The position numbers were made by a program, and so were the translations under genes. The notes below the pieces were generated by a model. It was given only the letters and a program-made list of their open reading frames with translations, had not been told where the DNA came from and ran no database searches. This document shows positions 26,783 through 35,278 of a DNA stretch of 35,278 nucleotides, one piece after another (position 1 is the first letter of the stretch; the number at the start of each line of letters is the position of its first letter). The stretch comes from Candidatus Hermodarchaeota archaeon. GTDB lineage: Archaea; Asgardarchaeota; Hermodarchaeia; Hermodarchaeales; Hermodarchaeaceae. The stretch spans positions 1 through 35,278 of the forward strand of contig JAEOTO010000021.1 of the NCBI GenBank assembly GCA_016839805.1, read 5' to 3'.

Positions 26783-26923
26783 TAAGCAGTTTATAAGACT
26801 CGATGTTTTGTGGATTTTTATAGCTTACCTACAAGATTTGTGATCACAGTAAAGCCTTATATAATCCAACACAAGAAACGCGGTTTTTAGTCACAATATC
26901 ACGCTTTGTGTAGGTGTCATGAG

Positions 26924-27550
26924 ATGGATGATGAACAGAATGCCATTCCTGTGTCTTTTGGTTCGATTGGATTCGGATTTGCACTCATTCTCTTATCGCT
27001 TTATTTTGCAGAAATTCTGGATATCAATGGATTGGGTGTCGTCCTTGCTACAGGATTATTCGCTGGTGGAGTAGCTCCTTTAATTGCTGGGTTATGGTCG
27101 ATAAGAACAGGTAATTCCTTTGCTGCAACTGTGTATCTGTTGGGAGCGACTTTTTGGTTTTCTTATGTTTTCATTTTCTTCCTTCCCGCCCTAGGGCTAG
27201 TTCCTACAATCACTGAACCCGCTCTAGCAATGTGGGTGCAAGTTCCCTTCTTCTTCTTATGGGGGCTTTTTACCTTCTGGCTTTTCCTTAGTTCCATGAA
27301 GACGAACCGAGTACTGCAGCTTTTCTTTTTTCTATTAGCGATATTCTTTTGGCTCGTGGCGTTAGGTCACTGGTTTGCATGGGACACATGGCATAACTCG
27401 GGGGTAATGAATACAATGATCAATGTCTTTGCTGGATGGGAAGGCATCGTATGTGGTTTCGTAGGTATATATTATGGACTGGCACAAGTTTTCAATGATG
27501 CATTCAAGCGGGATCTTATGCCCCTCGGGAGAGTCCAAGAGAAATCATAA
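26924..27550 (+). CDS. GPR1/FUN34/YaaH (SatP) family acetate uptake transporter
   Basis: Six-TM pattern with GGVAPLIAG, GNSFAAT...FW, LWGLFT, LQLFFFLL, AGWEGIVCG...Y, LPLG-like end. Confidence 0.85.
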   Translation: MDDEQNAIPVSFGSIGFGFALILLSLYFAEILDINGLGVVLATGLFAGGVAPLIAGLWSIRTGNSFAATVYLLGATFWFSYVFIFFLPALGLVPTITEPALAMWVQVPFFFLWGLFTFWLFLSSMKTNRVLQLFFFLLAIFFWLVALGHWFAWDTWHNSGVMNTMINVFAGWEGIVCGFVGIYYGLAQVFNDAFKRDLMPLGRVQEKS

Positions 27551-27604
27551 GAAAGTGACCACATTCCAAAGAATAAAGGGCAACTTTGCGTTCCAGACTA
27601 AACC

Positions 27605-28111
27605 ATGCAAGAAGGGTTTATTGAACTTTCAATAGAGGACGCTTATGCTGAATTGAGAGTTATTCTTCGAGACATGAAATGCCAATTCTTGCAAACCATT
27701 CCACCAAATGCAATTGAAGCTAGACAAGGCCGGTGGAATGGATTAACTCCTGTGAGTATGGCGAAGAACCTTAAATTTCGATTATTCAATAAACCCCAAG
27801 GAACCCGCGTTGAAAGCTCTGCTTACTGGCCATTAGAACTATTAGCAGCAATAATCGGGTTCTATTCTCTTTGTTTCTTTCTCATGATGGTTGGTATAGC
27901 GATTTTAACAAATTGGTTCACTCTTCCTCTCACCGGACTTTTTGGGATAATCTACGTCTTCTTATTCGGGTTCTTCTTCATACTCGCACTGATTCACATT
28001 TTTTGTTATCTGAAACGAACGGTAGTAATCCACAAAATATTGAATCTACTAAAAATTCGTGGATCACATCTACATCGACGTATCAAAGAAGGACATAGAC
28101 GCAAGAGCTAA
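27605..28111 (+). CDS. Hypothetical membrane protein (2 C-terminal TM helices)
   Basis: ATG start, soluble N-terminal domain followed by two hydrophobic segments. Confidence 0.7.
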   Translation: MQEGFIELSIEDAYAELRVILRDMKCQFLQTIPPNAIEARQGRWNGLTPVSMAKNLKFRLFNKPQGTRVESSAYWPLELLAAIIGFYSLCFFLMMVGIAILTNWFTLPLTGLFGIIYVFLFGFFFILALIHIFCYLKRTVVIHKILNLLKIRGSHLHRRIKEGHRRKS

Positions 28112-28172
28112 TGATACTTGATTAGCTTGTGAGAATCTATCTTTTTAGGAGGTAATACACAACGAATCTAAT

Positions 28173-28700
28173 ATGCAGATTGTTGTTGGATCCCAGAATC
28201 CCGTTAAGCTGGAAGCCACACGGCAAGCTTTTAATTTATATTTCGATGACTTTGAGGTAATCCCTGTTGGGGTGGAATCTGGAATTCATCCGTTTCCCAT
28301 GTCCCAACAGGAAACTTTTACTGGGGCCTTGAATCGTGCCCGAAAGGCATCTACATTCCATCCACTCGCAGCTTATGCGGTTGGTATTGAATCAGGGTTG
28401 ATGGTCATAGATGATCATTACTTTGTCCAAGCTTTTGCCGCAGTAATGAAAAACAGTACGATTGGATTCGGAGCTTCAGTAGCCTTCGAAGTATCCTCCA
28501 ACTTCGTAGCAGCTATTGATCCCACAACAGATAAAAGTAAACAGACTATTGACCAACTTCTAAAACGGTCAAATCTCTTTCAACGTGAAGGAGTTGTTGG
28601 TGTCTTAACTCAAAACCGTCTAAACCGCACCCAAATACTTAGAAACACAGTTATTTGTGCGCTTCCTCAATTTTTACAACCTCAATATTTTCTGTCATAA
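28173..28700 (+). CDS. yjjX: Inosine/xanthosine triphosphatase (YjjX/DUF84)
   Basis: VGSQNPVK, V.SG, ET..GALNRA, GIESG, GVVGVLT...R. AGGAGG SD. Confidence 0.88.
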   Translation: MQIVVGSQNPVKLEATRQAFNLYFDDFEVIPVGVESGIHPFPMSQQETFTGALNRARKASTFHPLAAYAVGIESGLMVIDDHYFVQAFAAVMKNSTIGFGASVAFEVSSNFVAAIDPTTDKSKQTIDQLLKRSNLFQREGVVGVLTQNRLNRTQILRNTVICALPQFLQPQYFLS

Positions 28701-28707
28701 CCACCTC

Positions 28708-29208
28708 TCATTGCTCTTTGGGTGGTATACGCAGGTTATCCAGGGTTTGTTGGATACGAGTCCAATGCCGTCCTTGCCAATACACCTTTCCACATTGGGG
28801 ATTAAGGCATTGCCAGAACTGATGATGTCGATCTAAAGATTTCTTAGGCACCCTGTCTTGGATCTCTTTTCGTGTAGTAGATTTCAAATGGGAATTACAT
28901 TGGGGACACCGGCTCTGATTCGGATCACCTAAAAAACAAATTCTCAGCCTGTCTTGGAGATGTTGAAGCATCTCCTGAATGAGACCAGAACCAGGGTTGA
29001 TTACCATTACTCCGTGTTTTTGAGCTCGGACTAATAACGTTTTATCACGAGTGAGGAGAATGCGGTGCTCGGTCTGTTCAAGTATTTCGTCATCTGATTG
29101 GGTTTCGTAATAGAGCGTATTAAAACCTAATAATCGGAGCCAACGAGCTAAAGAACCTAACATCCCATCGAGTATAAACTTGGGCTGTTCTCTCGGAGGC
29201 TGCTCCAA
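28708..29208 (-). CDS. Mut7-C RNase domain (DUF82) protein
   Basis: FILDGMLGSLARWLRLLG, RILLTRD, SRCPQCN, C..CGKVYWQGRHW. Confidence 0.92.
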   Translation of the reverse strand: MEQPPREQPKFILDGMLGSLARWLRLLGFNTLYYETQSDDEILEQTEHRILLTRDKTLLVRAQKHGVMVINPGSGLIQEMLQHLQDRLRICFLGDPNQSRCPQCNSHLKSTTRKEIQDRVPKKSLDRHHQFWQCLNPQCGKVYWQGRHWTRIQQTLDNLRIPPKEQ

Positions 29209-29327
29209 ATTATCAAGCTCCAGGAGGATATTATAGTTTCAATCTGCTAGAATGTACTATATCCAATTTTCTTTTAAAGGTTCAAAACTAACCAGCAGAA
29301 ACACCCAATTCTAGATTCTCTTTTGGA

Positions 29328-30731
29328 GTGAGTATGTTGATTGATAAACTGCAGAAAGCTGCTGATTATGGAGAAACGCTTGGTGCAACTTATGTAGAGC
29401 TCCGAGCTGAAGCCCTTAATCGAAGCAATACTCAGTATGAAGATGGTCGGGTTCGCAGCATCAGCCAACGCATTGAAGATGGTGTAGCAATTCGTCTTTT
29501 AGCTGGTGGAACATGGGGCTTTGTCTCCTCCAGCGATTTGTCCCTCAATGGATTGAAGGATTCTGTTAAAGACGCCTATTCTCTTGCAAATAGTGCCAGT
29601 AAAGCCCGTAAGGACCCAATAAAACTTGCAGAAATTAAACCCATTCAAGAATCGGTTCCTTTGAAAGTATCACGAAATCCTACAGATGTGGATCCCAAAG
29701 AAAAGATTGCATATATGGCGAAGCTTTGGGAAGAGACTCAACGCCTCGACTCTAGAATTTCCGCAATTACAATTCGTCAACGCGACGGCATTGGGACCAA
29801 GTGCTTGGTGACGAATGAAGGCACCCAATTAGAACTTGGCTTTGGACACGTTCATCTATGGGTTTGGCTCACAGGAAAAGAAAATGGGAAAATTACAGGC
29901 GCACGAGATGAATCGGGATCGACAGCCAAAGGATGGGAATATTATGAAGATAATCAGACCCCAGACGTGGTTGCGGAACGGTTGGTTGATCGGGTGAAAA
30001 AACAACTTGCGGGATCAAAGCCCAAACCAGGAAGCTTTCCATGCGTTCTTGGTCCCAAAGTTGTTGGAACTCTCGCACATGAAGCCTTGGGACACCTTGC
30101 TGAAGCAGATCTTACCCTACAAAGTGCTTTTGCAGGAAAAATGGGTCAGGAAGTAGCTCCCAAAGGAGTAAGCATGATTGATGATGGTACTATCAAAGGG
30201 GGTTTGGGTACTTCCAAATACGACGACGAAGGGGTGCCTACAACCCGCGTTGAGCTGATTAAAGACGGGATTCTCAATGCCTTAATGACGGATCGTGAAT
30301 ACGCCTACAAAACCCAATTACCACCCTCGGGTAATGCCCGAGCAGAAGACTACAGGTATGTACCTCTTATTCGGATGCGAAATACCTTCTTTGAACGAGG
30401 TGATGCATTCGACGATGAGCTCTTTGAAAACATCGACTTTGGTTACTACTGTTTAGGCGTTGCCGGAGGCCAGGCTCAGATGAATGCTAGTTTTCAGGTG
30501 GGTATCCAGGAAGCGTTCGAAATTGTTAACGGTGAACTCGGGAACTCTGTGACAAATATGTCCATCTCCGGTATCGCCACGGAGGCACTATTAAAAATTG
30601 AAGGAGTGGGTAAAGACACCTTTAATTTCGGCGCCGGACGTTGTGGTAAAGGACAAGAAGCCCTAATCAGTGATGGAGGACCCCTGATTCGATTTGGAGC
30701 CGGACCTATAACCTTTGGAGGAAAAGCGTGA
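29328..30731 (+). CDS. tldD: TldD/PmbA family metalloprotease, catalytic TldD subunit
   Basis: HEALGH, DDEGVP, SGNARA, PLIRMRNT, CGKG. Start GTG 29328 or ATG 29334. Confidence 0.93.
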   Translation: MSMLIDKLQKAADYGETLGATYVELRAEALNRSNTQYEDGRVRSISQRIEDGVAIRLLAGGTWGFVSSSDLSLNGLKDSVKDAYSLANSASKARKDPIKLAEIKPIQESVPLKVSRNPTDVDPKEKIAYMAKLWEETQRLDSRISAITIRQRDGIGTKCLVTNEGTQLELGFGHVHLWVWLTGKENGKITGARDESGSTAKGWEYYEDNQTPDVVAERLVDRVKKQLAGSKPKPGSFPCVLGPKVVGTLAHEALGHLAEADLTLQSAFAGKMGQEVAPKGVSMIDDGTIKGGLGTSKYDDEGVPTTRVELIKDGILNALMTDREYAYKTQLPPSGNARAEDYRYVPLIRMRNTFFERGDAFDDELFENIDFGYYCLGVAGGQAQMNASFQVGIQEAFEIVNGELGNSVTNMSISGIATEALLKIEGVGKDTFNFGAGRCGKGQEALISDGGPLIRFGAGPITFGGKA

Positions 30732-30753
30732 TTCAAAGGAGGTTCAAAGAATA

Positions 30754-32127
30754 ATGAAAGACAAACAAAACAATTTGGTATCACTAGCTGAAAAAACAAT
30801 AACCTACGGCTCTGAGAAAGTTGATCAGCTCGAAGTTTTGATTCAGGATAACTATGAGTTAAGCTGTGAATTAGTCCTTGGGCAGATCAATAAGGCTGTT
30901 AAGTCACAAGAAGCAGGCGCTTCTGTTCGATGTGTCATTGAGCACCGTATCGGATCCGCTTTCACGAATAGTCTTGACCAGCCAACTCTGGAAAAAACTG
31001 TTAATCGGGCAATTGCTGCAGCGAAAGCGAGTACACCTGACAAAACTTGGAAAGATTTCCCACAAAAACTCAAAGCATCGAAAATCTCAGGGACGTGGGA
31101 TGATTCCATTCCTGAAAAGGATCCCAGTGTGTTCGTAGATATCGTGACAAAGATTGGAAAGCGGATTTCCGAACGTGATTCCAGTATCATAATTGGAGAA
31201 GCTGGAACAGGCGGGTTTTATGGCTGGACAGCTTATGCCAATACAAACGGTGTCGCACTTTCTGATAAAGGAACAGGAGTTTTTGCCTACGCGGTTCTCG
31301 TTGCACCAACGGATTCCGGAATGACTCCTGGCGTGTGGTCAATCGATGTGAACCGCAAATTTAACCTCGACTTAGATTACGTAGTTAATAATACTGTAGA
31401 CAAAGTTCTCCTTGCTAAAAAAACAGCGAAGGGACAAACGGAATCTGGTACAGTCATTTTTGGAGCCGAAGCTCTCGGTGAATTACTCTATTTTGCTCTC
31501 TTAGATTCGGTAAAGGGAGAAAATATTGTACGGGAGAAATCAAAGTTAGCAGATAAACTAGATGATACAATCGCTTCGAAGATCCTAACTATCACCGATG
31601 ATGGTCTTCAGAAGGGTGCCTATGCAACTAGCCTTTTCGATGGCGAAGGAGTGCCTCGTCAAACCACATCTATCATTGAGAAGGGTAAGCTCCGGTCATT
31701 CTTATGGAATTGCTACTGGGCCCAGCGTCATGGTGTAAAGAGTACAGGTAATGCTAGTCGCAATCTCCGAACCGGTGTAGTGGATATTGCCCCAACGAAT
31801 ATGATAATCCCTGGTGGAAAACGGTCACGAGAAGATATGTTAAGCGATATTAGCTCGGGATATCTCATCCAGGGACTGCAAGGAGCTCATTCTTCTAATC
31901 GGGAAACTGGTGATTATAGTGTCGTGGGGAATCCTGCCTTTCGCATTGAAGACGGAGAGCTCACCGGTGCAGTTCATGGATTAATGCTCGCCGGCAATGC
32001 CTTTGAATTGCTGAAAAAAGTAGTAGAAGTGGGAAGTGATGTGCGAAGCCACCTCATCGGGGGCAGTTCACTCATCGGGCCCTCAATTCAGTTCAATGAT
32101 ATCCAAGTAGTTGCTAAAGCAGATTAA
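30754..32127 (+). CDS. pmbA: TldE/PmbA family protein (non-catalytic partner)
   Basis: FDGEGVP, STGNASR, GAHSSNRETGDYS, no HExxxH. AAGGAGG SD before ATG 30754. Confidence 0.9.
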   Translation: MKDKQNNLVSLAEKTITYGSEKVDQLEVLIQDNYELSCELVLGQINKAVKSQEAGASVRCVIEHRIGSAFTNSLDQPTLEKTVNRAIAAAKASTPDKTWKDFPQKLKASKISGTWDDSIPEKDPSVFVDIVTKIGKRISERDSSIIIGEAGTGGFYGWTAYANTNGVALSDKGTGVFAYAVLVAPTDSGMTPGVWSIDVNRKFNLDLDYVVNNTVDKVLLAKKTAKGQTESGTVIFGAEALGELLYFALLDSVKGENIVREKSKLADKLDDTIASKILTITDDGLQKGAYATSLFDGEGVPRQTTSIIEKGKLRSFLWNCYWAQRHGVKSTGNASRNLRTGVVDIAPTNMIIPGGKRSREDMLSDISSGYLIQGLQGAHSSNRETGDYSVVGNPAFRIEDGELTGAVHGLMLAGNAFELLKKVVEVGSDVRSHLIGGSSLIGPSIQFNDIQVVAKAD

Positions 32128-32135
32128 TTCGTGAA

Positions 32136-33263
32136 TTACCGTGAGGACTCATCGAGCTCCTTCGAAAGTTGTTCTAAGAGTTCACGTTGGTGAGGTTTCA
32201 ACTTCTTAGGAACTGTAACCTTAATCTGAATGAGCTGGTCGCCATTCCCACGCCACCGAACCCGAGGCATCCCTTGTCCTTTCAACCGTAAAACGGTATC
32301 AGGTTGCGTACCTGCTGGTATCTTCAACTTCGCCCGAGAAGTGAGTGTAGGCACCTCAATTTCAGTGCCTAATGCTGCCTGTGTAATTGTGATTGGCAAT
32401 TCAATGAGAACGTCATCGCCCACACGTTGAAATGTCTTATCCGGTTTGATATGAACGACCACGTAGAGGTCACCAGGCTGTCCTCCATCTCCCGAGGCCC
32501 CCTGCTCTTTAAGTCGAAGCATTGACCCTGATTCGACACCGGGCGGGATTTGCACTCGGAGTTCACGTTTTTGTCTTACTGTACGTTTTCCCTTGCATTG
32601 AGTACACCGGGTTTCAGCGATTTGCCCCCTACCATTGCATGTTGGACAATTCGCGACTCGAATAATTTGCCCAAACATCGTCTGCTGGACTTGTCGGAGT
32701 TCCCCTCGTCCTCCACACCGTGTACAGGTATTCAGGGGTGTTCCTGGTTCAGCACCGCTCCCGTTACAATTGGGGCACTGTTCATCACGATTCAAAGTAA
32801 TTTTCTTTTCAAGACCAGTGGCAGCTTCCTTTAGAGTAATTTCGAGATCGTAACGTAAATCAATAGCTGTGGATTGACGAGTGGCTCGTCGATTCCGTCC
32901 TCCCATGAAAAAATCGAAGATGCTGCCAAAGCCTCCGAGGCCTCCACCTAAGCCAAAACTGCGAAGGATATCTTCAAAGTTTATCCCTCCGAAGATATCT
33001 TCTGCGCTCCATCGTCCAGTAACGCCTGCATGGCCAAACTGGTCATATTGTCGGCGTTTTTCTTCATCGGAGAGTATGGCATACGCTTCGGAAATTTCTT
33101 TAAATTTCTCTGATGCATTCGGCTCCTTATTTCGGTCAGGGTGATATTTTAGCGCGAGTTTCCGGTACGCACTTCGAATCTCTGCTTTCGAGGCTGTCCG
33201 TGGGATGCCTAGTACTTCGTAATAATCCCGTTTTTTATTTCCACTATAACTCACGCTAGTCAC
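32136..33263 (-). CDS. dnaJ: Chaperone protein DnaJ
   Basis: J domain with HPD, G/F-rich region, four CxxCxGxG repeats, C-terminal domain. Confidence 0.97.
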   Translation of the reverse strand: MTSVSYSGNKKRDYYEVLGIPRTASKAEIRSAYRKLALKYHPDRNKEPNASEKFKEISEAYAILSDEEKRRQYDQFGHAGVTGRWSAEDIFGGINFEDILRSFGLGGGLGGFGSIFDFFMGGRNRRATRQSTAIDLRYDLEITLKEAATGLEKKITLNRDEQCPNCNGSGAEPGTPLNTCTRCGGRGELRQVQQTMFGQIIRVANCPTCNGRGQIAETRCTQCKGKRTVRQKRELRVQIPPGVESGSMLRLKEQGASGDGGQPGDLYVVVHIKPDKTFQRVGDDVLIELPITITQAALGTEIEVPTLTSRAKLKIPAGTQPDTVLRLKGQGMPRVRWRGNGDQLIQIKVTVPKKLKPHQRELLEQLSKELDESSR

Positions 33264-33363
33264 CGTATTCGTGTAACACGAAACGAAATTGAGCTTTTAT
33301 TTGTTCTGCCAGTATGAACCTGATCTTTGAAAGACACAAAGAAAACGGATTCTACGAGCTAAT

Positions 33364-35268
33364 TTATTTCTTATCTTCGTCGTCGACGACTTCATATTCA
33401 GCGTCCACGACTTTCTTTTTTGATTTCTTCTTCTTTTTCTCAGGTTCTTCTGATGCTTCTTCTGGCGCTTTCGCTTGTGCTTGTTGACGCGCTTGTTCTT
33501 CTGCTACACGTTGGTACACTGCAGTACCCAATCCCTGTAGGACTTCTGTGAGTGTTTCCATCTCTTGTTTTGCTTTGGCAAGATCCTTGTCTTGAACGGC
33601 TTTTTCCAGTTGGTTCGCTGTCTCTTCGACCTTTTGCTTATCTTCCTCGCTGACCTTGTCACCGAGCTCTTTCAAGGTTTTTCGCGCAGTGTACACCATT
33701 GATTCAGCTTTGTTTAGCTCTTCAACTTCTTCTCGAAGTCGTGTATCTTCTTCTTCATACTTCTCAGCATCAGCAACCATCTTTTCCTTTTGATCATCAG
33801 TAAGTTTTGTTGAAGCTGAGATTGTGATTTTTTGCTCGTTCCCTGTTCCGAGGTCTTTCGCTTTAACGTGCAATATTCCATTCACATCGATATCAAAAGT
33901 AACTTCAATTTGAGGTACACCCATCGGTGCAGGTGGAATACCGGTGAGGTTGAACTGACCGAGAGAGATATTTTCGCTTGCACGAGTCCGTTCACCTTGA
34001 AGGACATGAATGGTCACAATGGTTTGCATATCACTAGCAGTACTGAATATCTGACTCCTTTCAACTGGAATAGTCGTATTCTTTTCAATGATGGGAGTCA
34101 TGATCTCACCTTTCGTTTCAACACCTAGCGAAAGAGGAGTGACATCAAGCAATAAGAGCTCCTTCACATCGCCTGTAATCACGCCACCTTGAATTGCGGC
34201 ACCCAAAGCAACTGCTTCCATTGGATCGACACCTCGTTCCGCTTTCTTGCCAATGAACTTCTCAACATATTGTCGCACAATCGGCATACGCGTGGGTCCG
34301 CCAATGAGTATAATTTTGTCCATTTCATTCGGACGGAGTTTTGCGTCATTGATTGCAGTTCGCATCGGACCATCACAACGATTGATGATGTCTCGTACTA
34401 AATCCTCAAGTTTTGCTCGCGTTAATTTTCGCTGAATGTGCTTTGGTCCTGTTTTATCTGCTGTTAAATAGGGGAGATTGATTTCAGATTCTAATACATT
34501 GGAGAGCTCGATTTTCGTCTTTTCAGCGGCTTCGAGTAATCGTCGCCAAGCAGTAGGATCATCGCGAAGATCCATGCCATATTCACCCTTGAACTCATCA
34601 GCTAACCAACTGGCCACAGCCAGATCCATATCCGTCCCACCAAGTTGTGTATCTCCAGAGGTAGCTACAACTTGGAAGATACCACTTCCTGTTTCCGGAT
34701 CTGGTCCAAATTCCATTATGGTGACATCAAGAGTGCCACCACCGAAGTCAAATACGAGAATTCGCAATTCTTGATCGAGCTTATCAATCCCAAATGCAAG
34801 TGATGCGGCAGTGGGTTCATTGATGAGACGAACCACCTCAAGTCCTGCGAGTTCACCAGCATCTTTGGTTGCTTGACGCTGATTGTCATTAAAATACGCA
34901 GGAACTGTGATAACTGCCTGTTTCACAGGTTCACCCAGAAACGCTTCAGAATCGGTTTTGATTTTCCTCAAAATAAATGAGGATAATTCCTCAGGAGTAA
35001 ATGTTTTATCACGAATCTTAATCTTTTTTCGCGTTCCCATTTTCCGTTTAACAGCTGTGACAGTTCCTTCTGGGTTGGCAACAGCCTGTCGTCGGGCAGG
35101 TTCACCCACTAATCGAGTCCCATCATCAGTGATGGCAATATAAGAGGGAAAAGCTTTTCCTGACACTGTGGGTCCTTCAGCACTTGGGATAATAACCGGG
35201 CGATCACCACGCATCACTGCTGCAGCAGAATTGCTTGTCCCCAGATCAATTCCAATTATTTTCACCAT
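33364..35268 (-). CDS. dnaK: Chaperone protein DnaK (Hsp70), archaeal/Gram-positive type
   Basis: [48 protein letters not shown]. Lacks the ~24-aa Gram-negative insert. Start ATG 35268 or 35274. Confidence 0.98.
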   Translation of the reverse strand: MVKIIGIDLGTSNSAAAVMRGDRPVIIPSAEGPTVSGKAFPSYIAITDDGTRLVGEPARRQAVANPEGTVTAVKRKMGTRKKIKIRDKTFTPEELSSFILRKIKTDSEAFLGEPVKQAVITVPAYFNDNQRQATKDAGELAGLEVVRLINEPTAASLAFGIDKLDQELRILVFDFGGGTLDVTIMEFGPDPETGSGIFQVVATSGDTQLGGTDMDLAVASWLADEFKGEYGMDLRDDPTAWRRLLEAAEKTKIELSNVLESEINLPYLTADKTGPKHIQRKLTRAKLEDLVRDIINRCDGPMRTAINDAKLRPNEMDKIILIGGPTRMPIVRQYVEKFIGKKAERGVDPMEAVALGAAIQGGVITGDVKELLLLDVTPLSLGVETKGEIMTPIIEKNTTIPVERSQIFSTASDMQTIVTIHVLQGERTRASENISLGQFNLTGIPPAPMGVPQIEVTFDIDVNGILHVKAKDLGTGNEQKITISASTKLTDDQKEKMVADAEKYEEEDTRLREEVEELNKAESMVYTARKTLKELGDKVSEEDKQKVEETANQLEKAVQDKDLAKAKQEMETLTEVLQGLGTAVYQRVAEEQARQQAQAKAPEEASEEPEKKKKKSKKKVVDAEYEVVDDEDKK

Positions 35269-35278
35269 TTTCATCAAC

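Noticed and set aside
1153-35143. Numerous 60-120 aa alternate-frame or antisense ORFs inside long genes (e.g. 2367-2732, 10407-10772, 17782-18126, 32550-32834, 34478-34774)
   Set aside because: Fully nested in well-supported CDSs with no motifs; typical shadow ORFs.
1-35278. CRISPR array, tRNA, rRNA, integrase or prophage genes
   Set aside because: No regularly spaced repeats, cloverleaf/T-loop signatures, rRNA-like tracts or recombinase/capsid motifs seen; intergenic gaps are mostly under 200 bp.

Overview
Gene-dense archaeal chromosomal segment with about 31 CDS, TATA-like boxes and short or leaderless 5' ends. It is most likely from an Asgard archaeon; this is inferred from a longin-like/Arf-like small GTPase fusion, several C-terminal zinc-ribbon proteins and an archaeal/Gram-positive-type dnaK-dnaJ. 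The content is dominated by peptide and amino-acid catabolism: M32 carboxypeptidase, oligoendopeptidase F, TldD/PmbA, IlvE with a divergent Lrp, a HisC-like aminotransferase, IorAB, GlnA and a SatP-type acetate channel. The main non-coding signal is at about 14005-14146, an orphan TnpB omega-RNA/IS605 right-end scaffold (GCCTGTGGA...TGAAGCAGGAAGCCC-hairpin-GTAGTTCAC) with no tnpB/tnpA ORF, an extra 5' stem domain and an upstream TATA-like box. Other points of note are a clostripain-like membrane protein with both catalytic residues replaced, a GDGT-ring-synthase-like B12 radical SAM gene lacking a canonical start codon, a SoxB-like hydrolase without sox genes, a tandem pair of paralogous multi-Zn-site proteins, and a PD-(D/E)XK nuclease/RHH module. 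No rRNA, tRNA or CRISPR array was seen. All assignments are by eye from motifs; no database searches were run.
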